Below are positions 1-9,338 of a stretch of DNA of 64,000 nucleotides, piece after piece. The notes below the pieces were generated by a model. The model did not search any database. It saw only the letters and a program-made list of their open reading frames with translations, and had not been told where the DNA came from. This DNA is from Candidatus Sumerlaeia bacterium (GTDB taxonomy: Bacteria; Sumerlaeota; Sumerlaeia; MVZB01), in assembly GCA_039683515.1 (NCBI GenBank), contig JBDKRG010000059.1, forward strand, positions 38,615-102,614, in the 5' to 3' direction. Both the position numbers and the translations under genes were made by a program. Numbering within the stretch: the first letter of the stretch is position 1; each line of letters begins with the position of its first letter.

Positions 1-24
1 CAGACGCTTTCGACCGTCCGCGAC

Positions 25-1281
25 ATGATCGACCGGTTCAAGGGGCCCGAGGCCGTCATGGAATTCAACCGGCTGTTTTCCACGCTCGACATGAAACTCG
101 GACTGAACACGGAACTGCTCATCAAGTCGCTCGGCGACCGGGTGGCGTTCGTCGCCGACCAGGACCCGGCCCAGATGCTGAGGGTGCCCAACGGCGTCGA
201 GCTGAACGCGCCGCGCATCGCGCTCCTGCTCTCGGTCAAGGATGACAGCCTGTATCAGGCGATCGTCCAGAAAGCGAAGGCCAACGGCGTGGCCGGGGCC
301 GAACAGACGACGCAGGGCCTGGCCGTGACCGCGATCGACTGCCCGCCCAATCAAATCTGGCCGGTCTCGCCCGTCGTCGCCGGCGGCAAGAACATGGTCA
401 TCGTGGCGAGCCACGCCGGACTGCTGAATGAGATGATCCGGGCCTCGCAATCGGGCGGCCTCGCCCAGACGGCCGAATTCAAGCAGCTCAGCGCGGGGCT
501 GCCCACCGACGGCAACGGCATGATGTTCGTGAGCGCGCAGGTGTTCGAAACCATGCGCAAGGGCTTCAACCAGGTCAAGCCCAACATGCCGGGGCAGATG
601 GCCGCCACGTGGTCGCAGATGCTCGACGACTCCAACCTGCCGAGGCACGGAACCTACGCGATCCGCCGCCAGGAAATGGACGGCGTGATGATGATCAGCC
701 GCTCGGGCACGGGCGGCCAGCAGTTCATCGGCACGGCGGCGGTGGTGCCGATGGCGATCCTCGCGGCGATCGCGGTGCCGAACTTCCTCGAGGCGCAGAC
801 GCGGTCGAAGGTGTCGCGCGCGAACGCCGACATGCGCAGCATCTCCATCGCGATCGAGTCGTACGGGATCGACACCAATGCATACCCGGCCTCAAGCAGC
901 GATCCAAGCCAGAACTTTTATGGCAAGTTCATCGCGCAGTCGCCCGAGTTGGCCAAGGTGCCGACGTTCCGGCCGGGCGGGTTGCCGGGAATGATGTCGC
1001 TCACGACGCCGATCCAGTACATGAGCCGCATGGTCGGCGATCCCTATGCCCCCGCCGAAGGCGCCACGTACGCGTTCTATTCCACGCCGGGCGGCGACTT
1101 GCAGTCGTCGGGCTGGATCCTGTGGAGCCCGGGCCCGGACGCGCGCTACGACCTGAACGCCCTGAACATCCGCGAGGCCTATGATCCGCGCTCGCCCGCC
1201 TCCGAGATGCTGATCAATCTGACATACGACCCGACCAACGGCACCATGAGCCCAGGCGACATCTGGCGCTCGAAACAGTAA
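25..1281 (+). CDS. hypothetical protein with internal pilin/pseudopilin-like segment, possibly 5'-partial
   Basis: The ORF frame stays open back to nt 1 (no stop in nt 1-24), so the gene may start upstream of the window. Residues ~215-265 (QQFIGTAAVVPMAILAAIAVPNFLEAQTRSKVSRANADMRSISIAIESY) resemble the N-terminal hydrophobic helix of type II secretion / type IV pilin-like proteins. The rest has no family I recognise. Confidence 0.5.
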   Translation: MIDRFKGPEAVMEFNRLFSTLDMKLGLNTELLIKSLGDRVAFVADQDPAQMLRVPNGVELNAPRIALLLSVKDDSLYQAIVQKAKANGVAGAEQTTQGLAVTAIDCPPNQIWPVSPVVAGGKNMVIVASHAGLLNEMIRASQSGGLAQTAEFKQLSAGLPTDGNGMMFVSAQVFETMRKGFNQVKPNMPGQMAATWSQMLDDSNLPRHGTYAIRRQEMDGVMMISRSGTGGQQFIGTAAVVPMAILAAIAVPNFLEAQTRSKVSRANADMRSISIAIESYGIDTNAYPASSSDPSQNFYGKFIAQSPELAKVPTFRPGGLPGMMSLTTPIQYMSRMVGDPYAPAEGATYAFYSTPGGDLQSSGWILWSPGPDARYDLNALNIREAYDPRSPASEMLINLTYDPTNGTMSPGDIWRSKQ

Positions 1282-1301
1282 CACCCCAAAGGAACACGAA
1301 T

Positions 1302-2873
1302 ATGTTCGGCAGCCCAGCCAAAAAGCTGACGAAGCTCAACGCCCAGATCGACAAGGCGCTCGAAGCAAAGGATCAACGCGCCCTCGGCGAGCTGTTTAAA
1401 AAAGCGTTCGAGCTCGTGGACAACAACGACAAGGACACCAGCCTGGATTTCCTCGTCGCGCAACAGGGCCTTGCGTTGAAGCTGCTCGTCATCAACCACG
1501 TCGGCCAATCCGTCAACATGATGGGCCGGATCATCGCGCGCGCCGAACGGCTCGGCCACGAGCGCACCGCCTTCTACGCGATGGTCTGCCGCAGCTATGC
1601 CCACCTGCTGCGCGAGACCGCGCCCGGTTACGAATACGAAGGGCGCGAGGCGCTGGAAAAAGGGATCCGCCTTGCGCTCGAAGGGGACAAGAACCAGCTT
1701 CTGCGGCTGATCATGGTCATCGACAAATATACCGACGAGCTGACCAGCTACAAGCTCAAGTCATGGATTCCTCGAATCTACAAGCAAGCCGTGGCCGCGT
1801 TCGACGCCAAGGTCGGCGCCGACGCCGTCCCCACCGCCAATATGCTCGTCAACTTCGCGCCGATCCTGATGGATTCGGAATCGGCCGATGATCAGGCGCT
1901 GGCCCTCGAAGCCGTCGACCGCATCCTGGCGATCATGGCGAAATCCAAACTCGATCCCTCCGACCAGGCATGCATGCTCGTGCGCAAGGCCCAGATCCTC
2001 GACAAGATGGGGCGCACGGCCGAGGCCTATCAGCTCTTGCGCGGCACGGCCGGCACGGCCGCCGGGGAAAATGCGATTCTCGTCGCCGCGAGGCTTGCCG
2101 AAATCGAGCTGCGGATGGAGCGCGATCCGGAACAAGTCGAGTCGGCGCTCGACCAGGCGATGGCCTCGGTCAAGGGCCGGATCGATCCGCGGATGAAGAT
2201 GACTTTCCACGGCATCAAGGGCTATTGCGCGGCCCTGCGCGGCGCCGAGTCATCGACCCTCGAGTGCGCCGCCAGGCTCATGGCGTGCCGCTCCGAAAAA
2301 ACCGATGTCGGCGAATCCGACATCGCGGAAATTGTCGCCGACGGGCTCGTGCATATCGCAAGCGCGCTTTCTCACGCAGGCAATCCGGAGACGGCCCTTC
2401 AAGTGATCGACCGCGCCACGACGATCGCTGATTCCATCGACGACGAATTCCCCGACACGAAGCAGGACCTCCTGTCGAGCAAGGCGGAAATCCTGGCCGC
2501 CCTCGGCCGCAACGACGAAGCCGAAGCCATTCTCACCGACGACATTCTCGAGAAACTCGACGACGAAAATCTGCTCGACACCACCCGCCACGCCGACGCC
2601 CTCATCGACCTCGCCTCGGTGTGCATCAACAAGAAGGATTACGACCGCGCCCGGCTCGCGCTCAAAAACGCATGGGCGATGAGCGCCGAGCGCGGCGAGA
2701 AAAACAACGACCTCGCCGGCCATATTTATCTATGGATGGGAAAGCTGATGATGCTCACGGGCCAGGCGGACAGGGGCGCCGAAGCGCTCCGCCGCGCCCG
2801 CGAAACCTTCAAGGCCCGCGGCGGCGGCGTCCCGCTCAAAGCCCGCGCCATCCTGGCCGAATATGGGTGCTAG
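1302..2873 (+). CDS. hypothetical alpha-helical (TPR-like?) protein
   Basis: 523-aa ORF with ATG start and an AAGGA ribosome-binding site 8 nt upstream. Codon usage matches neighbours. Helical repeat-like composition. No family recognised. Confidence 0.5.
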   Translation: MFGSPAKKLTKLNAQIDKALEAKDQRALGELFKKAFELVDNNDKDTSLDFLVAQQGLALKLLVINHVGQSVNMMGRIIARAERLGHERTAFYAMVCRSYAHLLRETAPGYEYEGREALEKGIRLALEGDKNQLLRLIMVIDKYTDELTSYKLKSWIPRIYKQAVAAFDAKVGADAVPTANMLVNFAPILMDSESADDQALALEAVDRILAIMAKSKLDPSDQACMLVRKAQILDKMGRTAEAYQLLRGTAGTAAGENAILVAARLAEIELRMERDPEQVESALDQAMASVKGRIDPRMKMTFHGIKGYCAALRGAESSTLECAARLMACRSEKTDVGESDIAEIVADGLVHIASALSHAGNPETALQVIDRATTIADSIDDEFPDTKQDLLSSKAEILAALGRNDEAEAILTDDILEKLDDENLLDTTRHADALIDLASVCINKKDYDRARLALKNAWAMSAERGEKNNDLAGHIYLWMGKLMMLTGQADRGAEALRRARETFKARGGGVPLKARAILAEYGC

Positions 2874-2927
2874 GCGACGCGGGGGAAACCGATGCGATCG
2901 TGAACGCGCCATGAAACGGGCGGCCGC

Positions 2928-3767
2928 TCAGCCGTCGACCGACAGCTTGCGTTTATTGACCAGGGCGGCGTGGCAGGTCTTCAGGAATCTCTTGAATTGC
3001 GCGATCGACCGGTCGTCCTCGGGCGAATCCGTCAGCATGAACCGGAGGTTCTTCAGTTCTTCCGCGCCCTGCCCCCCTGTGAACATCCCGCCAAACATCA
3101 GCATCCTTGATACCGGGTCGAGGTCGACGGCGTTGAACTCCGTGAGGAGCCCGAGGAGGGTTTGATTGATCAGGTACGGCTGGCATCCGATCAGGTATTC
3201 AAGAATCATGCTGCTCGTGATGCGCTCGCCTTCAACGATTTTCTCTGCCGGACCCGGCGGAAGCAGGACCGGAATGTACCCACCGTCCTCGTGGACGTTC
3301 AATTCGGCGCGACCGTTGTCCAGCCGCTCACCCGTGATCCCGGCTTCGCGGATGTGATGCAGCAGGTAGCTCGGGCCGGGCTCGGGCGGGTTGAAATGGT
3401 CGATGATCCAATGCTCGCACGCCTGGCTGATCGGGTAGCTGATCGCCCCCCAGCAGCCCAGCGCCTCGCCCTTGACGTTCACCGGGCATTTTTCGCAAAT
3501 CGGCTTGCTCTTGCGCTCGATGCGCTGCCATGTTTCCACCAGCTCGGCAAACGTGAGCTCGGCGCTGGCGCCCATGAGCGTCTTGACCGGGAACGGAAGC
3601 GTCATCGTCTTGCTCAGCATGGCCTCGCGCTCGGGCCCCTGCTGCCGGCTCAGCGTGTAACCGATCTGCCCGGCATAGGCTCCGACCTTGGCGCGCTGCA
3701 CGAACTCCGTGTTGTCGCGCGGGGCCTGGATCGGGCACTGCGTCTTGGCGAAATAGTCGAAACCCAC
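2928..3767 (-). CDS. hypothetical Cys-rich protein
   Basis: 279-aa ORF with GTG start preceded by AAGGAG. Contains CEKCPVN...GCWG...ACEHW cysteine clusters. No family recognised. Confidence 0.45.
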   Translation of the reverse strand: MGFDYFAKTQCPIQAPRDNTEFVQRAKVGAYAGQIGYTLSRQQGPEREAMLSKTMTLPFPVKTLMGASAELTFAELVETWQRIERKSKPICEKCPVNVKGEALGCWGAISYPISQACEHWIIDHFNPPEPGPSYLLHHIREAGITGERLDNGRAELNVHEDGGYIPVLLPPGPAEKIVEGERITSSMILEYLIGCQPYLINQTLLGLLTEFNAVDLDPVSRMLMFGGMFTGGQGAEELKNLRFMLTDSPEDDRSIAQFKRFLKTCHAALVNKRKLSVDG

Positions 3768-3784
3768 GGGCAGGCTCCTTTTGG

Positions 3785-3849
3785 GCGATGAGCTTTGAGA
3801 GATGAGCGATGAGAGAGATTCTCATCGCTCATGTCTCAAAGCTCATCGC
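3785..3849. repeat. 65-bp near-perfect palindrome built from GATGAG/CTCATC units
   Basis: gcgatgagctttgagaGatgagcgatgagagaga|ttctcatcgctcatGtctcaaagctcatcgc has ~30-bp arms with one mismatch. It lies downstream of batE and upstream of the gene starting at 3767. Confidence 0.75.
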
Positions 3850-3853
3850 ATTT

Positions 3854-4609
3854 TTACAAACGCCGGATCTGGTCGCGGCTGATGAACCCGGCGCCCTTAC
3901 CGCCGAACGAGATCATCGGCCAGTCCGGGTGCGTGCGCTCGTCGGTGATGTCGACGACCGTCCCGGCCTTGAGCTTCCACGTCTCGGTCGAGTTCTCGCT
4001 CGGGCCGGATCTCACGCTCCCCTCGGGCGAAACAATCACGCCGCGCCGAACCATGCATTCCTGATGATAATGACCGAACGCGAACGGCCACGCAACCGCC
4101 GCGACGACCGCCGCCGCGATCGCCGTCTTGCGCAGCGACAGCCGCAGCCGCGTCCCGCGCGGCCGCCACAGCGCCCATGCGCCCAGAAACAGCCCCGCCA
4201 CGCTCGCCCACGCCGCGATCGCGGTCCATTCGTTGCCGCTCATGAGCCAGTAGACCATGTTGAGCGGCGGCAGCGGCGTCAGCGCGATCTGCGTCTCGTA
4301 TTCGGGATCGATGATCGAAAGGTTCTGGCGCAGCATCCGGTCGCGGGGCGCGAACTGGAGCGCCTGCAGGTAGCGCCACTGGGCGAGCCCGCGGTCGCCG
4401 AGATGGGCATAGGCCGTGCCCAGGTTGTAGAGAAGCCGCGGGTCGTGCGGCGCCTGCTCGATGAGCTGCTCGTAGATTTCGGCCGATTCCTTGTAGTTCT
4501 GGGCCGTGAACGCCTTGTTCGCGCGCTCGAGAAGCTGCTCCTCGCCGGTCGCGGCCCACGCGGCCGACGAAAGCATCAAGGCCATGATCATTGCAGCCAG
4601 CCGCCTCAT
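3854..4609 (-). CDS. BatE-like protein (TPR repeats, TM helix, C-terminal SH3-like domain)
   Basis: 251 aa. Has a signal/TM N-terminus, a TPR-like segment (YNLGTAYAHLGD...), a second TM segment and an SH3-like tail (WKLKAGTVVDITDE...). ATG at 4609 overlaps the batD stop by 4 nt (ATGA). The 874-aa ORF in the track is the same frame extended upstream into an Arg-rich artefact. Confidence 0.65.
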   Translation of the reverse strand: MRRLAAMIMALMLSSAAWAATGEEQLLERANKAFTAQNYKESAEIYEQLIEQAPHDPRLLYNLGTAYAHLGDRGLAQWRYLQALQFAPRDRMLRQNLSIIDPEYETQIALTPLPPLNMVYWLMSGNEWTAIAAWASVAGLFLGAWALWRPRGTRLRLSLRKTAIAAAVVAAVAWPFAFGHYHQECMVRRGVIVSPEGSVRSGPSENSTETWKLKAGTVVDITDERTHPDWPMISFGGKGAGFISRDQIRRL

Positions 4610-6468
4610 GCGCGCAAACCCTCCCGCAACACGGCCCGTGTCTCCTCGCTCCAGGCGCGGACGTCGATCGGCGAGTCGATCGGCGAGTAGCTGGCCCACG
4701 CGCAGGCGTCGAGCCGCTCCAAAAGCCGCGCGACCTGCTCGCGCGTCAGGTTGCTGCCGGCGAGGAGCCGCGCGATCTCGTCGCGCGTCATCCCCTCGGC
4801 CGAGGTGTTGTAATGATCGGCGATCAGGTTGCGCACGGCGTGCTCGAACGCGCCGGCGACCTCGGCGTTGCGGCCGTCGCCGCCCTTGGCCTTGATGCGG
4901 CGCAGGCGCTTCTCGAACGCGCGCCACGCGCCGTTGCGGCGCGCCGCCGCCGGGTCGAGCGTGGCCCGCCTCCAGTCGCGATACCACATGGCCAGGATCA
5001 GCATCGACCCGCCGACCAGGAACAGCCACATGAGCGGCGATTCCATGGCCGGCTCGACGCGGCCGTGCCGCACCGAGCCGATCGCCTGCACGAAATTGAG
5101 CTGCGGGCCGTTGCCCACCTTGCGCGTGACGCTCGCGCCGCCCGGCGCGGCCGGTTCGGCGGCGACCCCCTGCGGCAACGGCTGAACCGTCACCGGCACC
5201 GGCTCGGTCCTGAGCGCGCGGTACGCCTCGCGCTCGGAATCGAAAACGGGATACGAAATCGACGGGACCTGGATCCGGCCGAACTTGCGCGGCCGCAGGC
5301 TGTACTGGAAATGCTTCGTGCCGCCGACGTAATCCTTCGGCCTGGCCGTGTCCATCCGGGCCGTCTGGTCGACGACCTCGAAGGCGTCGTTGTCGGGGAA
5401 CCGGGGCGGGCTCGCCAGTTCGACGGCGCCGCGCCCCTCGAGCGTGACGTCGAGCGTCAGCAGCTCGTCCTGGCGCATCGTGGAGCGGTCGGCGGAGGCC
5501 TTGAGCGTAAAGCTGCCGACCGTGGCGCTGAAGTTCGCCGGCTGGCCGTCGGTCGGCAGGGGACGCACCTCCAGCTTGACCGGCGCCGCCGGCAGCTGAA
5601 CCTGCATCGTGTTGGCGCCGAACGGATCGCCGAAGAACGAATCGTCGAACGGGCCGCGGCCGGATTGCCGCTGAACCGGGAGCTGGACCGCGACGAAATA
5701 GGCGCCGATCTCGGCGTCGCCCGGCTGGGTCGGCGTCAGGGTGTATTGCAGGATCGGCGCGACCTGGTAGGCGCGGTCGCCGTGGGTCTCGGTGGCGGGC
5801 TGGATGTCGCCCTGGGCGCGGAACCGCTCGTCCAGAAGCCCGCCGCCGGCCTTGAGCTGTTCGTTCGGGTATTGCAGGCCCCGGATCGGGATGTTGTCCC
5901 AGTAAATCTTGTAGGTGACCAGCACCGGCTCGCTCACGTAGGGCCGCTTGTCGCTCACCTCGACGCGCAGGAACAGGCGGCCGTTGAGCTGCTTGTTCAC
6001 GGCGGCGTTGTTGCTTTGCGCCGGCAGGATCCCCTCGTGCTTGAGGTCGTCGGGAATCATCGGCGGCGCCTGCATCGTCACGGTGACCGCGATCGGCCGG
6101 CTGCGGTAGGTCTGGCCGCCGTATTCGAGCTGCGAAGAGCCGATCGTGAACGTCCCCTGCGTCGGCGCGCGCAGCTGCCAGCGCAGGATGGTCGAGACGT
6201 TGCTCGAGCCGTTGATGATCGTCATGCGGTTCTCGCGGAAGGGACCGTTGGTGTTGACGACCTGCAGCCCGCCGAAATCCGGCATCGTCGGGTTGGCGTT
6301 CATCTGGCTGATCGAGCTGATCTCGAGGCTGTAAACGATGACCGAGCCGACTTCGACGCGCGCCTGGTCGACCGACGCGTTCAACTGGATCCCCTGCGCC
6401 GGCGCGAGCGATGCCATCGCGCACAAAATCGCGCTCATGATCAGGATGCGCTGAACAGCCGGCTTCAA
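4606..6468 (-). CDS. batD: BatD-like aerotolerance-operon protein
   Basis: 620 aa with an N-terminal signal peptide, a large beta-rich periplasmic region, and a C-terminal TM helix plus cytoplasmic tail. This is the typical BatD architecture. TTG start (alternative ATG 30 nt downstream). Operonic with batC-like and batE-like genes. Confidence 0.65.
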   Translation of the reverse strand: MKPAVQRILIMSAILCAMASLAPAQGIQLNASVDQARVEVGSVIVYSLEISSISQMNANPTMPDFGGLQVVNTNGPFRENRMTIINGSSNVSTILRWQLRAPTQGTFTIGSSQLEYGGQTYRSRPIAVTVTMQAPPMIPDDLKHEGILPAQSNNAAVNKQLNGRLFLRVEVSDKRPYVSEPVLVTYKIYWDNIPIRGLQYPNEQLKAGGGLLDERFRAQGDIQPATETHGDRAYQVAPILQYTLTPTQPGDAEIGAYFVAVQLPVQRQSGRGPFDDSFFGDPFGANTMQVQLPAAPVKLEVRPLPTDGQPANFSATVGSFTLKASADRSTMRQDELLTLDVTLEGRGAVELASPPRFPDNDAFEVVDQTARMDTARPKDYVGGTKHFQYSLRPRKFGRIQVPSISYPVFDSEREAYRALRTEPVPVTVQPLPQGVAAEPAAPGGASVTRKVGNGPQLNFVQAIGSVRHGRVEPAMESPLMWLFLVGGSMLILAMWYRDWRRATLDPAAARRNGAWRAFEKRLRRIKAKGGDGRNAEVAGAFEHAVRNLIADHYNTSAEGMTRDEIARLLAGSNLTREQVARLLERLDACAWASYSPIDSPIDVRAWSEETRAVLREGLRA

Positions 6469-6471
6469 TGC

Positions 6472-7863
6472 TTACCAATCCTTCTGGAGTTTGCGTTCGC
6501 TGTCGCGGAACTGGAAGAGCCGCTTGTACTGGTTCGGCTTTTCCTTCTCGAGCAGGTTGAGCAGACGGATGGCATCCATCTGCTCGGGGGTATACTGCGG
6601 TTTCTTCTGTGAACCGTCCTCGCCGTCGATCTCGTCCTCGCCGTCGCTGGACGAGGCCTTGGCCATGGCGGAACCACCCTGCTGCGGCTGGTTCTGCCGC
6701 TTTTGGCCCTCGAGGCCGCCCCGATTCTGCTGGCCGGCCTGCCCCTGCCGGTCGCCGGCATCGTTCGGGTTCGTCGGCTGGGAGTCCGTTTGCTTCTGGT
6801 CCTGCTGATTCTGCTGCTGCTGACCTTGCGGGCCCTGCTGGTCTTGCTGGTTCTGCTGCTGCTGATCCTGCTGGCCCTGCTGGTCTTGCTGCTGCTGTTG
6901 ATCCTGGTTCTGTTGCGGGTCTTTTTGACCTTGCTGGCCTTGCCGGCCCTGCTGGTTCTGGTTTTGCTGGTTCTGCTGGTTTTGTTGCTGGCCCTGCTGG
7001 CCCTGCTGTTGTTGCTGGTTCTGCTGCTGCTGGTTCTGCTGGTTTTGTTGCTGGCCCTGCTGGCCCTGCTGTTGTTGCTGGTTCTGCTGTTGCTGGTTCT
7101 GCTGGTTTTGTTGCTGACCCTGCTGGCCTTGTTGGCCCTGCTGTTGTTGCTGGTTTTGTCCTTGTTGCTGCTGCTGCTGGCTCTGAGCCTGACCCTGGGA
7201 CTGACCTTGCTGGTCGTTTTTCTGCCCCTGCTCTTGCTGCTGCTGCTGCTGCTGCTGTTGTTGCTGGCGCGCCTGTTGCTGCCGAAGTTGATTCAGGTTC
7301 TTCTTAACGACTTCATAATTGTAGATCGCCTCGGTGTCGTCGGGGGCCTCGGCGATGGCCTGCCGGAAGGACTTGAGCGAATTTTCGAGCGACGCCATCT
7401 GGTTGTTGATCTGGTCGGGCGCGGCCTGGATGCGAGCGCCGCCGGTGCGGATCTTTTCGACGGCCGGCTTGCCCTGGGCGATGCCGAGGTTGAAGAAACT
7501 GTCGCGGCGCTGGGTGGCGGACTGGGTCTCGGTCGCCTCCGAAAGCGTCTGCTGGGCGTCCTTGTATTGACCGAGCCTGGCCTGCGCGGTGCCGAGGTTG
7601 TATTTGATCAGCGGCGAGGGATCGCGCTTCAAGGCCTCTTTGTAGGTGTCGACGGCGGCCTTGAGCTGCTGCTGGTCCTGCTTGGCGTTGCCGGCGGCGT
7701 AGTGACCGTTCCCCTTGCGCAGGAGCGCGTCGACCGACTCGGCGCGCGCCGCCGGCGGGACAAGGCTCAACCCCATCGCCAATAACGCCGTTGATGCTCG
7801 AATGATCCGCCCGCGCATGGTCACCCCACTCAGGCCTCGTTGGGTCCTGACCCGATTAAGCAT
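6472..7863 (-). CDS. BatC-like TPR protein with ~170-residue Q-rich low-complexity tract
   Basis: The signal peptide (MRGRIIRASTALLAMGLSL) follows an alternative ATG at 7818. TPR-like N-terminal half. C-terminal half is poly-Q/N/G. Located immediately upstream of batD (3-nt gap). Confidence 0.6.
   Translation of the reverse strand: MLNRVRTQRGLSGVTMRGRIIRASTALLAMGLSLVPPAARAESVDALLRKGNGHYAAGNAKQDQQQLKAAVDTYKEALKRDPSPLIKYNLGTAQARLGQYKDAQQTLSEATETQSATQRRDSFFNLGIAQGKPAVEKIRTGGARIQAAPDQINNQMASLENSLKSFRQAIAEAPDDTEAIYNYEVVKKNLNQLRQQQARQQQQQQQQQQQEQGQKNDQQGQSQGQAQSQQQQQQGQNQQQQQGQQGQQGQQQNQQNQQQQNQQQQQGQQGQQQNQQNQQQQNQQQQQGQQGQQQNQQNQQNQNQQGRQGQQGQKDPQQNQDQQQQQDQQGQQDQQQQNQQDQQGPQGQQQQNQQDQKQTDSQPTNPNDAGDRQGQAGQQNRGGLEGQKRQNQPQQGGSAMAKASSSDGEDEIDGEDGSQKKPQYTPEQMDAIRLLNLLEKEKPNQYKRLFQFRDSERKLQKDW
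6780..7290 (-). repeat. coding CTG/TTG (Gln-codon) microsatellite-like region with three ~63-bp tandem units
   Basis: The unit ctggttctgctggttttgttgctggccctgctggccctgctgttgttg recurs starting near 6966, 7029 and 7098. It encodes the GQQGQQQNQQNQQQQNQQQQQ period of the BatC-like protein. Confidence 0.8.
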
Positions 7864-8920
7864 TTTCCGGACCAGCGGAAAGCGGCGGCGCGGCGGTCGT
7901 TTCGGACGGTTTTTCGCCCCTCAGCGCCAGCCACCGCCGCAACGCCTGGCTGATATAATAATGCCTCATATCGTAAAAAAAGTCGCTCAAAGCGACGGCC
8001 ATCGCCTTTTCGGCGTCGTCGCGCCGGCCGAGGGCGTCGTACCCTAGCGCCAGATGATAATGACGTCCATAATCGTAAGGCCCCTCGACCGGCAGGCTGC
8101 GCCACAACGCCATCGCCGGCTCGAACCAACCCGCGCGCCAGTAAACCCGGCCCAGATGCGTCCGGGCGATCAACAACTGCTCGTCGAGCTCCAGCGCCCG
8201 GGCCAGGTGCGCCCGCGCGCGGGCGGGGTCGCCCATCTCGTCGGCGGCCATCCCGGCGACGGTGTTCAGCTCGGCGCTTTCGTCGCCGCGCGCGATGGAT
8301 TCCATCGCCACCGCCAGAGCCTCGCCCCCCTTGCCCTCGATCAGGAAATCCTCGACATGGCTGACGACGCGCTCGATCCGCTGCTTTTTGATTTTTTCCG
8401 GGAGCCATGCCTTGAGACGGGCGATGAGACCCGGTTTTTTTGTCGCAGGTTCGGGCGTCAAATTGTCGCAGGGATTTTCGGGCGGAATCGGGTCCGTGAA
8501 CGACTCGCGCGTGCCCAGAAACTCCGGCCACGCGATCTCGAGGCCCGGGTTCTGCGCCGGCCACGGCCGGGTCTGCGCCTCGAGCGTCAGCGCCACCTGG
8601 CCGAGCAAGTCGGTTGCATGCGGCAGGTTGATCCGGCGCCATATCCGGGCGGCGCCGAGCGCGTCGTCGGGCCGGCCGGTCCGCGCCAGCGCCAGCGCGA
8701 GCACTTGCGGCACCAGCGGGTTGGCCGGCCGGGCCTCGGCGAGCACCCGCAACAGATCGATCGCCTGATCCAGTTCCACGCCGGCTTCGGCGAAGCAACG
8801 CGCATAATAAAAATCTGGCAGGGCGCCGGTCGAATCGATCGCTCGCGCGGCTCGGGCCGGCTCAAGATCGCCCCGGCGGGCGGCGGCAAGCGCTGTGTGC
8901 CAATCGGCATGAATTTGCAT
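7856..8920 (-). CDS. TPR-like hypothetical protein (first gene of Bat-like operon)
   Basis: The track gives TTG at 8938. An ATG at 8920 has GGAGG 11 nt upstream. TPR-like helical repeats. The stop overlaps the batC-like start region. Confidence 0.5.
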   Translation of the reverse strand: MQIHADWHTALAAARRGDLEPARAARAIDSTGALPDFYYARCFAEAGVELDQAIDLLRVLAEARPANPLVPQVLALALARTGRPDDALGAARIWRRINLPHATDLLGQVALTLEAQTRPWPAQNPGLEIAWPEFLGTRESFTDPIPPENPCDNLTPEPATKKPGLIARLKAWLPEKIKKQRIERVVSHVEDFLIEGKGGEALAVAMESIARGDESAELNTVAGMAADEMGDPARARAHLARALELDEQLLIARTHLGRVYWRAGWFEPAMALWRSLPVEGPYDYGRHYHLALGYDALGRRDDAEKAMAVALSDFFYDMRHYYISQALRRWLALRGEKPSETTAAPPLSAGPENA

Positions 8921-9023
8921 CGGCCGGGCCGCCTCCAACGGCCACCCGCACTTTCTCAGATTCCTCCGCCAAAGGCAATTGTTTGAGTGATGAGGACTCC
9001 TCGATCATTCATCAAATTCGAAT

Positions 9024-9154
9024 ATTGAACCACGGAGACACGGAGGCACGGAGATGATTTCAAAATAATAGATGCCACATTGGCTCATCGCACCACGAGT
9101 CCGGTGCCGGAAAAAATCTGGTTTCTTCGGGCCTCCGTGTCTCCGTGGTTCAAT
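9024..9154. repeat. MITE-like element with 24-bp perfect terminal inverted repeats
   Basis: attgaaccacggagacacggaggc (9024-9047) and gcctccgtgtctccgtggttcaat (9131-9154) flank an 83-bp AT-rich core. The element sits in a 400-bp AT-rich intergenic region. Confidence 0.6.
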
Positions 9155-9338
9155 GAATGAAGAATCAAGGTGAGGACTGAGGACAAAAGTTATCCATTTT
9201 ATCCGATTTCTCTCCGATTCCATCCGATTGTTTCGATTTTTTGTCCGATTCGAATTTCTGAACGATTTGAATTTTATATTTGTTTCGGATTTCGATATTC
9301 GGATTTTGGATTTGTGCTCCTTCTGCTACCATCATGCT

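Noticed and set aside
3854-6478. 874-aa minus-strand ORF and the 673-aa plus-strand ORF 4591..6612
   Set aside because: Translations are Arg/Gly/Pro/Ala-rich, as expected for off-frame or antisense reading of high-GC DNA. They overlap the well-supported batD frame. Only the C-terminal 251 aa of the 874-aa ORF (the BatE-like part) look like a real protein.
6703-7785. 360-aa plus-strand ORF made almost entirely of Leu/Val
   Set aside because: It is the antisense strand of the BatC-like poly-Q tract, where CTG/TTG repeats read as Leu.
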